The notes under the pieces: generated by a model
Seen by the model: only the letters and a program-made list of their open reading frames with translations
Told to the model about the DNA's origin: nothing
Database searches by the model: none
Made by a program: the position numbers and the translations under genes
DNA from: Daphnia carinata
Taxonomy: Eukaryota
Assembly: GCF_022539665.2 (NCBI RefSeq)
Contig: NC_081332.1
Coordinates: 7,378,001 to 7,442,000, forward strand
DNA: 64,000 nucleotides
Reading direction: 5' to 3'
In this document: piece after piece, positions 27,716 to 38,372 of the stretch
Layout: every line of letters starts with the position of its first letter
How positions within the stretch are numbered: the first letter of the stretch is position 1

Positions 27716-28326
27716 TTCAAGCCTATTGTGATCCTCCTTCCCTTCTGATTTACAACGTTACCGTTCCCTTGTTTTCCAATCCTAGTTTACGCCATTATTG
27801 GCCATTACTTAGCTACCTTTATTACCCTATTAGCGATCTTCAACAAAAAAAAAAAAAAAATTTTTCTTTTTTTATTTTAAGTGCAAAATACATAGAAATA
27901 AATTTTAATTCAAGCAAATATTACCCAAATACAACAACAAGAAAAAAACGCCTGAACAAACAGGGTTTCTTGTTTAAGGCCCAGTCGTCGGATACGGGGT
28001 TTGTGAGGTTTGAACCCACGTCCAGCCTGCAGCATTTGCATGGCAGTCCACTGCGATACCAGTGCGGCAAACTACGACTATAATTAGATTATGTTTAGTA
28101 TTCGCAAAATCCCACAACTACAATTTATTCTACATACTATTAATAATATTTTGTCCCCGTACGTTCCTCCTTATCATTCCCATACGAATATGTTAACCCC
28201 TTGATAATTATATTCCAAACAAACAAAAAAAAAAAGTGGAAAAGAAAAAGTACTGCCAGAAATATGGTAGTTATAAAAACATCAGGTAGTCATAAAAACA
28301 AAAATGTTTTTATGATTTCCCAGATC

Positions 28327-30060
28327 ATGCTGATCCCTATCGCGTTGACCCTCCTGCTCTCATCATCAAGAGCATTTCAAACCACAACATGCAACTGTAA
28401 TAGCCCGACTGGAGTTGGACTTCTTCAGTTCTCCGACGGTCTTTGCGAGCCTACCAAACGCGTCTCACACACTAAAGTGGACTACCGAGTAATGACCGAC
28501 AAAAAAGCAGCCTTTAACTTCCCAGGATATATCTGCGGCAGATGGAAATCAATCAAACACATCACGATCAATTTCGTGGGACAAGTCATAATCGTCCCGG
28601 AACGCATCGCCATGGAAACAACAGCCGTAGAGTGCGATATCATGAGGCAGTCAAAAAGGTGCAACGAGAGCCCAATGACCATATCAGAAAGCAAATGGGT
28701 ATTCAACCAAGAGCCAGACGACGTAGGATATTGGCTAAGGACCACTACCGTGGTCACCATCAACTGCATGTTGGAGGAAGTTGTCCTCTCCCGCATCGAT
28801 GAAGGGGACATAATCAATACGCCCTTAGGAAAAGCCAACGTGACGCATGGTTCCTTATCTCACAATCACCTCACCTTATTCTGGATCGACACATACGGAA
28901 AAGCAACCGACATCTCCCTCAGACAATTAGAAAAGGGTGTGGGATACTGGTACGAATCTTCAACAAACGGAACTCGGATTCTCCAAGATGACTCCAAACA
29001 ACTAGACTTCCATGTACGACTGATGTCACGTTGTCAGACTGTGAAGTGCGACAAAAAGACAGAAAGTTGGACCGTAGTTGGAGACAACCATTTATTCGTC
29101 ATCACATACCCGTTGGGCCCAACCGCAGTCACCATGCCTTCAATCTTCAAAAACACTACAACTAACATGAGCGACTCCCTAGACATCAACATCCGGCAAA
29201 ACGCCAGAATCCAATATCTAGAAGATGCTGCCATCCGCCACGAAAACGAACTCGTCCGAATCGTCCAGAGCATACAATGTGACCAGCAACGCACCAAACA
29301 CGCACAAACTGTATTAAATGCTCAATATAATGGATGGTTGGCAGCCACACAACTGGGCCTCCGTCAGTGCGTGAAACTGATCGCTACCGGAAACATCGTC
29401 TCAGCCATCCAGTGTACTCCTACGACGGTCAATTTCACAACAGACACCACCATTTGTGGACCAAAACCACGGTTCGGGAATTCTACCATCGGCCGATCCG
29501 GGTGGGAACTCACAGAGTTCACGTCATGCTACTGGGCTGGTGGAATCGTTAACTTTAACGATAAACCATATGCCTACCACAATAACACGTGGCAACTGGC
29601 CGAATCATCCGTCGTCGTACCGCAGCCGATCTAGCCGACGCTTTCCGTTACCAAGATGTCGATTTCTTCGAGTACCAGCATCAAACCAACCCCGCATATA
29701 CAGACACTCTGGTTAGCCCAATGGATGTGATGGCCGACATTACATTAGCTATGAACGAACATTCGGCGACTGGACCAAATCTAAACACAGGAGCTTCCGC
29801 AATCGTCATCTCATCAGCCGAAAAAGCCGGTCTCGGCACCTTTACCAATTGGTTCGAGAATTTTAAAGTCTACTCGTTTATCATTCTACTTATCGCCGCC
29901 TTCCTTCTACTCGCTCGCGGCTGCTATGCCCTCGGATTTTGTGGGTTAATATGGAGATGTTGTTGTAAACCCCCACGCCCCCCCCGACAGCAGTTTACCG
30001 ACCGCAGAACAACCGCCCGAGAGAGCCCTAAACTTCTTTTGGATTGCGGGACGCAATCTG
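28327..30060 (+). pseudogene. env: env glycoprotein of provirus A (class III fusogen-like), frameshift near 29620
   Basis: Signal peptide MLIPIALTLLLSSSRA, Cys-rich ectodomain with N-glycosylation sequons, TM helix (VYSFIILLIAAFLLLA) and Cys-rich tail. Clear homology to 46175-47893. The end coordinate is approximate. Confidence 0.88.
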
Positions 30061-30076
30061 GTATGACGGGGAGCGA

Positions 30077-30817
30077 TGTAACGAATCGTCTAGCGAAGCC
30101 CCTTCTTACCTTCTTTCTCAATAGACTAGAACCTCATACCTGTTGCCCCTTGTTACTCAGAGCCTTCATTTACTAACCTAGTTGTAAACTCACTTAAGAA
30201 TATAAAAATAATGAAGCCATGTCTGGGCACGCTGGCTAAAAATAGATTTATTTCGGTTGGTCCAAGATTGCCCAAAATGGCCTAAAACCGCCCGACCGAT
30301 TTCTAGCTATCGTCTAAATTCATTCGATACCGCCCGAATTTGCCCGCCTATACCTCTTCATTGCGCCCAAAATCGCCCGATATCGCCCGATATCGCCGCC
30401 TATCCGTTAACACTGTCCCGTAGGACTCTCACGGTCGATGGCTAACATATAAGAAGCCATCGACAACTCACAGTAGTTAGTCGATCCTGGAAGAACTATC
30501 TCGTGTAGACCTTCAGCGCCCTTCCGAGCCGCTACCTCCTCCTCTCCAGCTGAAGCGTAAGTCTTCTCTTAATAATATTCGCTACTTGTCTTAGCTATCC
30601 ATTGGTCGTGTAAGCCACGTAACTTGATATGCCACTGTAGGCCCTTGCCTTCGATCTGTTCAATCTATTGACTACTTGTGGTCTCTTAATACACGTTATT
30701 CTATCGTACACGTATTGTCTTACGCCTATTTGTACACGACATTGTGAGTAGCAGCGCCGCGTTTAGTTGTATTTTCAGTATTGGAGGCAACATGACAACG
30801 TCGTGTCCTCCTCTACA
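30077..30817 (+). repeat. 3' LTR of provirus A (741 bp), preceded by PPT GACGGGGAGCGA
   Basis: Direct repeat of 19399-20129. Confidence 0.96.
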
Positions 30818-30821
30818 ATTA

Positions 30822-33800
30822 CAGTCTGAACAGGAGCGACTTAATAAAGAAGTTGGGATTCGTTGAACCGTCTAAACTCATCAGCGTTGTCTCGTAGGAT
30901 GAGGCCACGTCGGCCGTTATGGCTTCCGTAGTAAATTTCGACCTCTCGTCTCGTGACAGCACAAGCAAGTTTGAAGTCAAGCACGCTTGCCCCGTTGACA
31001 ATTTAAAGGTTACGCCGAATTTGCCGATCGACCTTTTACAGTTGGAATCCTGGACACACCTACGGAGTATTGATGTCCCGACCGTTCAACGGGAGGACGT
31101 AACCGTGTTGATAGTCATCGAAGTCGCAGAGGCCCATGATCATAAACAGACAGTTGGAACGATTTGTCCCATCTCAAGACAACGTTTGGGTGGTGTTTGT
31201 ATAGTGAAACGGGTCCCGCCCCACGATGGACGCCCGTCCATCGCTTGTTTGGTAACCGAGGAACGTCGCGAAGACCTTAACGAGTTAGTCAAGCAATTCT
31301 GGCAACTTAACCCCAAGGACGTAGAAGTAGAGCACCCCGTTCTATCCGAAGACAATCTACGTGAAAATCGCATCCTGGAATCTTCTGTAAAAATTATTAA
31401 GTAAACGGTATCAAATCGGTTTAATGTGGAAAGCAGACTAAGTAAAGCTTCCGAACACTCTTTTTTCTGCATTGAAACGGCTTTTGAAAAACGTTTTCAT
31501 CGAGACGATGGCTTCGCCTGAAAATACGATACAGTGGTCAAAAAGTACATCGGCCTGAGACACGCCAGAATCCTCACGACTCAACAGGCACGGAAGGAGA
31601 AGAACAAGACGTGGTATTTTTCCGTACCATGGGGTCGTGAGCTCATCTAGCTCATCTACAAAAGTTCGAGCTATATTCAATTGAGCTTCGTGGCACGTCG
31701 ATAAATGAAAATTTGCTTCGGGGAGCTACTTACTCGTTAGCTTGCTCGGTGTACTCATACGTTTCCAGCGTAACCTCGTATTAGTTGGAATGGACATCGG
31801 AAATCATGATTCAACTCCGAAGATGAGACAGTCAAACGGCCTGCCAAATGAAGGCTCGTATTCAATTAGGCGGCTTCAACTTAACGAATTTGACATTATT
31901 GTCGACGACTATGATAACTGCTTTAAAGGAATTGATCGACTGTGATAACTTACTTCGCAAATCCTGGACCTCGATTTGGAAAGGCTTTTAATGCAACCAA
32001 CACTTGGGGTGATGCGGGATAATGAGAAAGGCCTGTTATCTTTCAGATTCGATTTAACATTCGAAAGTCGCCGGACAACGAAGTTCTCGCCAAAAGAGAC
32101 TTTTTCAGTATCATCTCCAATCCAACGAATCCCTTTCGTTTTACTTAGAATAGTCTTGCGCTTTCGCAAGAACCAAATTCCCATCAGTAATAACATTGAA
32201 AAAACGGGCCATCAAATTTTAGTTCCAGAAAAGGATCAAGATGCTTTTCGGTTTTTGTACCAGTCGCCTAGTAGTACGTCGCCACCCCTTACTTACAGAA
32301 TGTCAGTTCATGTCTTTGGAGCTGTCTCGTGACCGTCGACCTGCTTGTTCGCCTTGAACAAAACAGCTGAAGGCACCAAAATGAATTTTTCGAGAGGCTG
32401 CAGCTAGCTTAACAACAAGTTTCTACGACAACTATTTTGATTCGTTCAATACGGCATAAGAGGCAATCAAATGGGCCCGCCAGTTTAAGGAATTGCTGCA
32501 GCTGGGGGGAGGGGGTTAACCTCACTAAATGGTCTTCGTCATTAAGAAAGATTCTCGCTGCTCTTAAACCAGGAGGACTAGGACTAACCAACCCGAAGCT
32601 GGATTTAGACTTGGACACATTGCCTATGAATCGCTCCCTAGTTCGCTCCCTAATTCTTCAGGACAGGAAATCGATGCTTTCATTTCCAAGGTGGGAGAGA
32701 AAATTCAGTCGTACGCCACACCTACTAAGAGAAATCTTGTGGCAGCCACTGTTTACGATCCGCTTGGATTCGTTGCTTCGGTGATGCTCGCGAACGAAAC
32801 TTTTTCGAACTATTAAGTGCTAGCATCCTTTCCCTTCTGTGAACATGAACAAATATTGTGTCGGTGGTCTTAACCTGTGAGGATGGAAGAAATCACCGAT
32901 CGTCGTCGACAGAAACTCTTGCTTTAACTTAAAGTGTAGTGGAAAATTTTGATCGCGAAGAAAAGAAAGCTCGGGGATTGCTCAATGTCCTTTAGATGCC
33001 AGTAAAGTGAAAGACACGATCATAGCCTTGAGTTTCAGTCGAAATGAAATGGAGGAAACGCTGTGTAAAAAAATCATGGTGATGGGCCCACCACGTGATT
33101 CACTAAGGCAAGTTGAGTCACCCGACAACTCTTGCCAGCGCATAAAGGAGGGGCAGCAGGCGTCAGACGATCCATTTTCGATTTCCACGCTATCACCGTC
33201 AGCTGTAGTTAGCCCACGTTTTACTCCGTCGGTGCCATGTTTTGTTGACCATATCGAAGATTTGCCTCCACACACCATAGACCGGTGTCAAGCTTTCCTG
33301 GGAAAAATGACAGCCACCGAGCGGGCAAAGCTGATCATCCCACGTTCCTTATGCTTCCGCTGTTCGGAAAGGGGATCTTTTGCCGGAGACGTGAGGCACG
33401 TAGGAGCCAGCTGTCCTTACCCTCGACACTGTTCTCGCTGCAATAGCGCAAGCCACCACGAATTGCTTTGCCGGGCTGACTTTGTCGCTCGACGAAGCAA
33501 CCAATAATGTGACGTTTGTTTCTCGTTCTTTTGGTTCCTATCCTAGTCGACATCTCCATCCTTAATTTGTGAATCAGAAATTTCCTTTGTTACCTGCTGT
33601 CTCCTTCTCATTGAATGTGGTTCATTTCAGTACAAGGGCCCGCTGTCACCGATTTGAATGGGAATTGCTGGGAAACCAGAGGGCTCCCTTATCGGTCACA
33701 AAACTTGGTGGCGGATCTGGGCAGTCTATTTTTCCTTTTGTGTTCTTGTTCGAGTGGGTCGTCAATCCACGCTCAGATAGCTAAAAAACTTCAACGCAGA
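30822..33800 (+). mobile_element. Decayed BEL/Pao element (BEL-A): pol fragments, extra 3' ORF, PPT and start of 3' LTR at 33644
   Basis: Peptides are homologous to BEL-C pol (ASVVNFDLSSRD, LNELVKQFW, DQDAFRFLY, HVFGAVS, NLTKWSS). The RT segment occurs twice (~31800-32120 and ~32130-32790). AAGGGCCCGC|TGTCACCGATTTGA matches the start of the solo LTR at 63031. Confidence 0.8.
33007..33507 (+). CDS. BEL-A extra 3' ORF with zinc-knuckle cluster (possibly 5'-damaged)
   Basis: PCF...H...C...CFRC...H...CPYPRHCSRCNSASHHELL; homologous to 44017-44667. Confidence 0.65.
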   Translation: MKDTIIALSFSRNEMEETLCKKIMVMGPPRDSLRQVESPDNSCQRIKEGQQASDDPFSISTLSPSAVVSPRFTPSVPCFVDHIEDLPPHTIDRCQAFLGKMTATERAKLIIPRSLCFRCSERGSFAGDVRHVGASCPYPRHCSRCNSASHHELLCRADFVARRSNQ

Positions 33801-34265
33801 TAGTTGTCCAAACCGCTTCAAAAAGTGTTAGACTAAAGATCAAACGAAATGTGTTCCTCTGTTACAAACTAAATAAGTCTGTATCGTATAAACGAAAACG
33901 AACGAAAACGAAAATGAAAACGAATAGCGAACTAGTCACAAAATGACTGTATTAAACTTAGCAAAAAATGAGACAGCGTGGAAAAAATGGCGACCCGACA
34001 AGTAGCACGGTCGAAAAAGAACTGAGCGTCCTTCCACGTCATTAATTATCACGTCTATCAAAAAACAAATGACACATGCATTGCGAAACAATAGGCCGCT
34101 AAATTAAAGAAAAGGAAGGGTAAATGTTTGGCGCGCGAAACCCGAACTGAGTTGCCATGGCAACTCGGTAACACAGCCGGCCCTGCTGCGGCAAATATCA
34201 AGCAGCAATTAAAGGCTTCGATGCGACACAACATCGTAACTGGGCGGGATAAGTTTTGCCGAACT

Positions 34266-37200
34266 TCAGATGATAAGAAAATAAGTAATAAGATGATAAG
34301 GAATAACTTCAGCGCTGATCGGGACATGTTTGAGGCGGCCACTGACACGAATAATTCCGCCACTGTCCTGGTAAACGGCAAGCTTCGGTAATCGGGATTC
34401 AAGATGGGTCGTTTTCCCCTTCTTCAGCCGATGTAAGCCTTCGGAAAAGGGAACGCGTTGCGAGATGCGGCTCAACAAGAGACGATCGGACTTAAATTCG
34501 TCCGGACTTTGCTGCCGGCCCGTTTTCAGCTGCCCGATCGGTTTGGATGGAGGGTCTGCACGGCTGCCGTCTGGATTTATCTCTCGCTCGGCCTGTCTTC
34601 GATTAACGAGGATACACCTGTTGGCGATAAATCTCCCAATCCAGGCGACAAAAATGTTGTAGCGGCGATGATTGGCGTGGATCCAGCGAAGTATAATCAT
34701 TCCTTTAAGGCGGGCAGCGGCGTCGTCGATAAGTCGGACCTTGTTGGGCTTACTGGGATGCTGAACCGGGGGAAACGGGAGGTACCAAATCTTGGAATCG
34801 GGACCGGTGGAGATAACTTTTGTAGCGTGGCCGTTGCGGAAGACTTCCTGTATTTGTTCTAAGACTGCCTGGCGCAGATCGCTGTTCGAACGCAGTCTTC
34901 TCTCCGAAGCGAAAAACTTCCGTCGGGCAAACTCCTTGTTGTCCGGCAGCTTAGGGCAGTCGGGGCGAACGGGTAAACCGACTTCGTAAAGAACTCCAGT
35001 ATGGCGAGTGGTCGATTCCAGTTGGTCTATGGCGCAGTGGTCAAGCGCGGACATAAAGGTTTCGGGGTCCTCACGAACGGGCAGCGATTGGGTCCTCCTA
35101 AATCGCTCAACGGACTCCTCCAGCAGCTCGATCGAATCCAATTTGACGTAATTTACGCTCGCTGCTTCAGCAGCGGGCGCCGAAAAGGTTTTACCTACGA
35201 TGCACCAACCGAACGGGGTGCGAACTGCATTAGGTCCTTGGACTCCAGCTGGCGGGCGACGGACTTCGATATTCCGGTGGGCGTCCTGGACGTCCATGCC
35301 AATCAGGACTTTAACTTCTGTGGCATCATGAGCGGGAAAAGCAAGGCCTTGGAGATACTCGAACGAAGCAGCCGCGTTTTCCATTCTTCGATGCCCAACG
35401 TTAAGATGGGGTACCACGAAGGCGTCGGAAACCGGACAGCTTTCTTCTCCATCCAGCGATGAGACTGTAAAATCCACTAAACGAGTGTCGACGATTGGAT
35501 CTTTCCCGTGGAAAGTCCCAAAACGAATTTTGCGCGGCCGGCCCGTTAGACCGAGTGCCTGAGCCGCGTCTTCACGCAATTAAGTAGCTTGGCTACCGGT
35601 GTCCAGTAGAGCGAAGACGTCGAGGGTTCTATCACCAGCACGAAGACGGACTGGAACAACGGCCAAACGGACGTTTGAAGCTGAACGGGCGGCAATGGCG
35701 AAAGTCTGCGGACCTGGAACGACGCTCGAATCTTCGTTCGGAGGTGGAAAACGGTGGTGTCCACTCCTCTCAGGGAAAACTCTTTCCGCACCATGCAGCA
35801 ACGAGTGATGGCGAGCACGGCATCCGGACGATTCACAGGCCGGCTTCGAACGACAGTCGGCACTTCGATGTTTTCCTCCGAGGCAGTTGAAACATACACC
35901 TTTTTCCTTCGCCAACAACGCTCGATCGTTCGGCGACTTCCGTCGAAATTCCGCACAGCTGCTTAAGCGATGAGCCTCACCGCAGCTCGGACACTCGATG
36001 TCAGTTTCTCTAGTTGCCTGGGTAGACAAAACGGTCGGAGATGGACGGACGGGTGGTGGCTTTGGAAATGAAAGCTTGGGAGAAGGGTATCTCTCGAGGT
36101 TAGGATGGTCAAAGTTGGCACGCTTTCCACGGATCTCGATCCTGGGCGCTAGTTCGACAGACGCAAAGGCGATCCTCTCTTCTTCGACAACCTCCTCCAG
36201 AAACCGATCGAGATCGCCAAGATCTACAACTCTTGGCAAACGTTTTCGCACATAGCGGGCCCAGCGATGGCGAAAAAGAGGTGGCAGCTTTTGAACTGCT
36301 TGTTCTAAGTTGGCAGCACTCTTTAAATCATGCTTCAGCCCTCCCTGCTCCAATATTACGACTGCTCCATGTAGCTGATCGGAAAACAGCTCCAGCGCCT
36401 GACGATCACCTGGTTTGACGATAGGGAGGCTCAAAAGATCGTGAATTTGGCAGCGGGAGATCTGCTCACTCGAACCGTAGTGTTTCTTCAGGTAGGAAAG
36501 AACAGCCGGGTAACCTCGAGGCGCTCTCAAAAGCGGAGAGATGCGGCGCAGAACATTAGGGCCTACCCACTCGGTTAGAATGGCTAAGCGCTGGGCGTCA
36601 TTTGGAATGACATCATGAACGAGAGCCTGGAAGCGCGAGGAAAAGAGAAGCCAGTCACGCGGATCTCCGTCGAAAGGAGTTTTACACATAAACGGAGCCG
36701 ATCCTCCAAACATCCATGGAACAATGGTGTTTGCTGGTACAGCCGCTGGTTCCTTCTCCAGGTTATCGATCCAGCTGTCCAATTTTAAGACGGCCGACCG
36801 CGATTCAGGGACGTTCTTGGAGCGAGTCTTTAGCTTCGACGACGGCATAGGGCAAATTCCTCGTCGGATTCGCTGAGCGAGCTCAAAGAGATCGGCGAAG
36901 ACGAACGAATGGATCTTTTCGACAACTCCTCACTCATACGAAGCCGGGCAATTTCTTCCTCGATTTTTCGTTCCTGTCGTCTGGCTGAGACGAGCTCTTT
37001 CTCCTCCTGAAGTTTGCGAGCCAGCTCGCTGAGGCGTCGATCTTCGCCCTTCTCCTCTTCTCTCCTCTTCCGGATCAACTCGAGCTCGAGTTCGGCGGCA
37101 CGCCGTTCTCGCGTCAGGGTCGAAAGAGAGGAATTCCCTGACAAATAAGAGGAAATGCTACCAGCAAGGGAAGATCTTGGGTTTACCGAGGGCGATGGAT

Positions 37201-37795
37201 TACCCTCGGCTTGACGGCGAGTAGGATGTTCTTGGACGAAAAGTTCCCCGGGCCGGGAAATAATTTCTTCACGAGGCTTCAGCAAGGATCCGGAAGGGAC
37301 ATCCATCGGAGTAGATTGAGGTGGACGTGTCGGATCAGTCATATCACGGCGGACATGGACTCTCGAGCGTGTTTTTGCTGCATGCGATGACGGTTCATCA
37401 GGTTGCCCAGTACGACGTAGTACTTCGAACTCCTCATGTGCAGCTAGAAAATCATAGCGTAGATTTTCCAGCCAGGCATCGTCAGTGATACCCAATTTGG
37501 CGCAGTAGCGATGATGATAATACATGGACTGTTCGTAGTGGGTGTCAGCCTTCTTGATGAGATCAGCGGTGTAACTGCTGGCTCCAGTCTCCCCAATCAC
37601 CTTCTTCACCAGATTCAAGTTGCGAGTGAAGTTTCTTCGATGATGGGAACGTTTGTTGACCAAAGCGGAGGGATCCAAACGACCGGTAGAATTAGAGGCA
37701 CACGAACGAGTCGGCGAGGTAGCACGAACAGCCTCTTCTGGGACGCCGGCAATGAGGTCAGCTTCCCCATCAATGCCCTTTCTAGTCGCCATGTT
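34266..37795 (-). pseudogene. gag-pol of BEL-B (frameshift ~36840, in-frame TAA at 35580, large deletions)
   Basis: ORFs 36830-37894, 35580-36848 and 34266-35579 read as consecutive gag, PR and partial RT. Confidence 0.85.
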
Positions 37796-38032
37796 GTCTC
37801 CAACACGTGGTGGGAAGCTTCGAGAAACTCGACGAAGATTTAAAAAAAAAGAAAAACGGGGGACACGATTGCACGCAATGAAACCTTTTCTCAAATCCGG
37901 GAACTCCGACCGCTACCCCTCCTGGGCTGGCGGTTGATTCAGAGTCGGGATGTCTAGAGACAAAAGCACATGCGAGCACAAAACGAAAAAGCGACGAAAC
38001 GAATGCTACTAAAGGTTACCAGGGTCGATTAT

Positions 38033-38050
38033 TCCCGGGTTTCGGCACCA
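38033..38050 (-). promoter_or_regulatory. Primer binding site, tRNA-Phe
   Basis: Minus strand reads TGGTGCCGAAACCCGGGA, 3 nt inside the 5' LTR; 18-nt complement of the tRNA-Phe 3' end. Confidence 0.9.
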
Positions 38051-38372
38051 CTTTGTTACAAACTAAATAAGTCTGTATCGTATAAACGAAAACGAACGAA
38101 AACGAAAATGAAAACGAATAGCGAACTAGTCACAAAATGACTGTATTAAACTTAGCAAAAAATGAGACAGCGTGGGAAAAATGGCGACCCGACAAGTAGC
38201 ACGGTCGAAAAAGAACTGAGCGTCCTTCCACGTCATTAATTATCACGTCTATCAAAAAACAAATGACACATGCATTGCGAAACAATAGGCCGCTAAATTA
38301 AAGAAAAGGAAGGATAAATGTTTGGCGCGCGAAGCCCGAACTGAGTTGCCATGGCAACTCGGTAACACCCTC

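Larger units (their letters stand above)
19399..30817 (+). mobile_element. Env-bearing Ty3/Gypsy LTR retrotransposon (provirus A), LTR to LTR, coding regions frameshifted
   Basis: Paired TG...CA LTRs, 4-bp TSD ATTA (19395-98 and 30818-21), tRNA-Leu PBS and a PPT. Domain order is gag-PR-RT-RH-IN-env. Confidence 0.96.
33860..38367 (-). mobile_element. Internally deleted BEL/Pao element (BEL-B), 4.5 kb, non-autonomous
   Basis: 314-bp LTRs at 33860-34173 and 38054-38367 with ~3 differences; TSD TCCTC/CCCTC (one mismatch). Gag has PFDGDPRDW and three Cys-His clusters; protease LLDTGS. pol jumps from KVRLIDDAAA straight to post-RNaseH sequence, and the IN core is absent. Confidence 0.93.

Noticed and set aside
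27409..28083. 224-aa ORF between pol and env of provirus A
   Set aside because: GTG start; it runs through poly-A tracts and the 17-mer repeats and has no counterpart in provirus B.
34458..36418. Several plus-strand ORFs of 60-150 aa
   Set aside because: Antisense shadows of the GC-rich BEL-B gag-pol.
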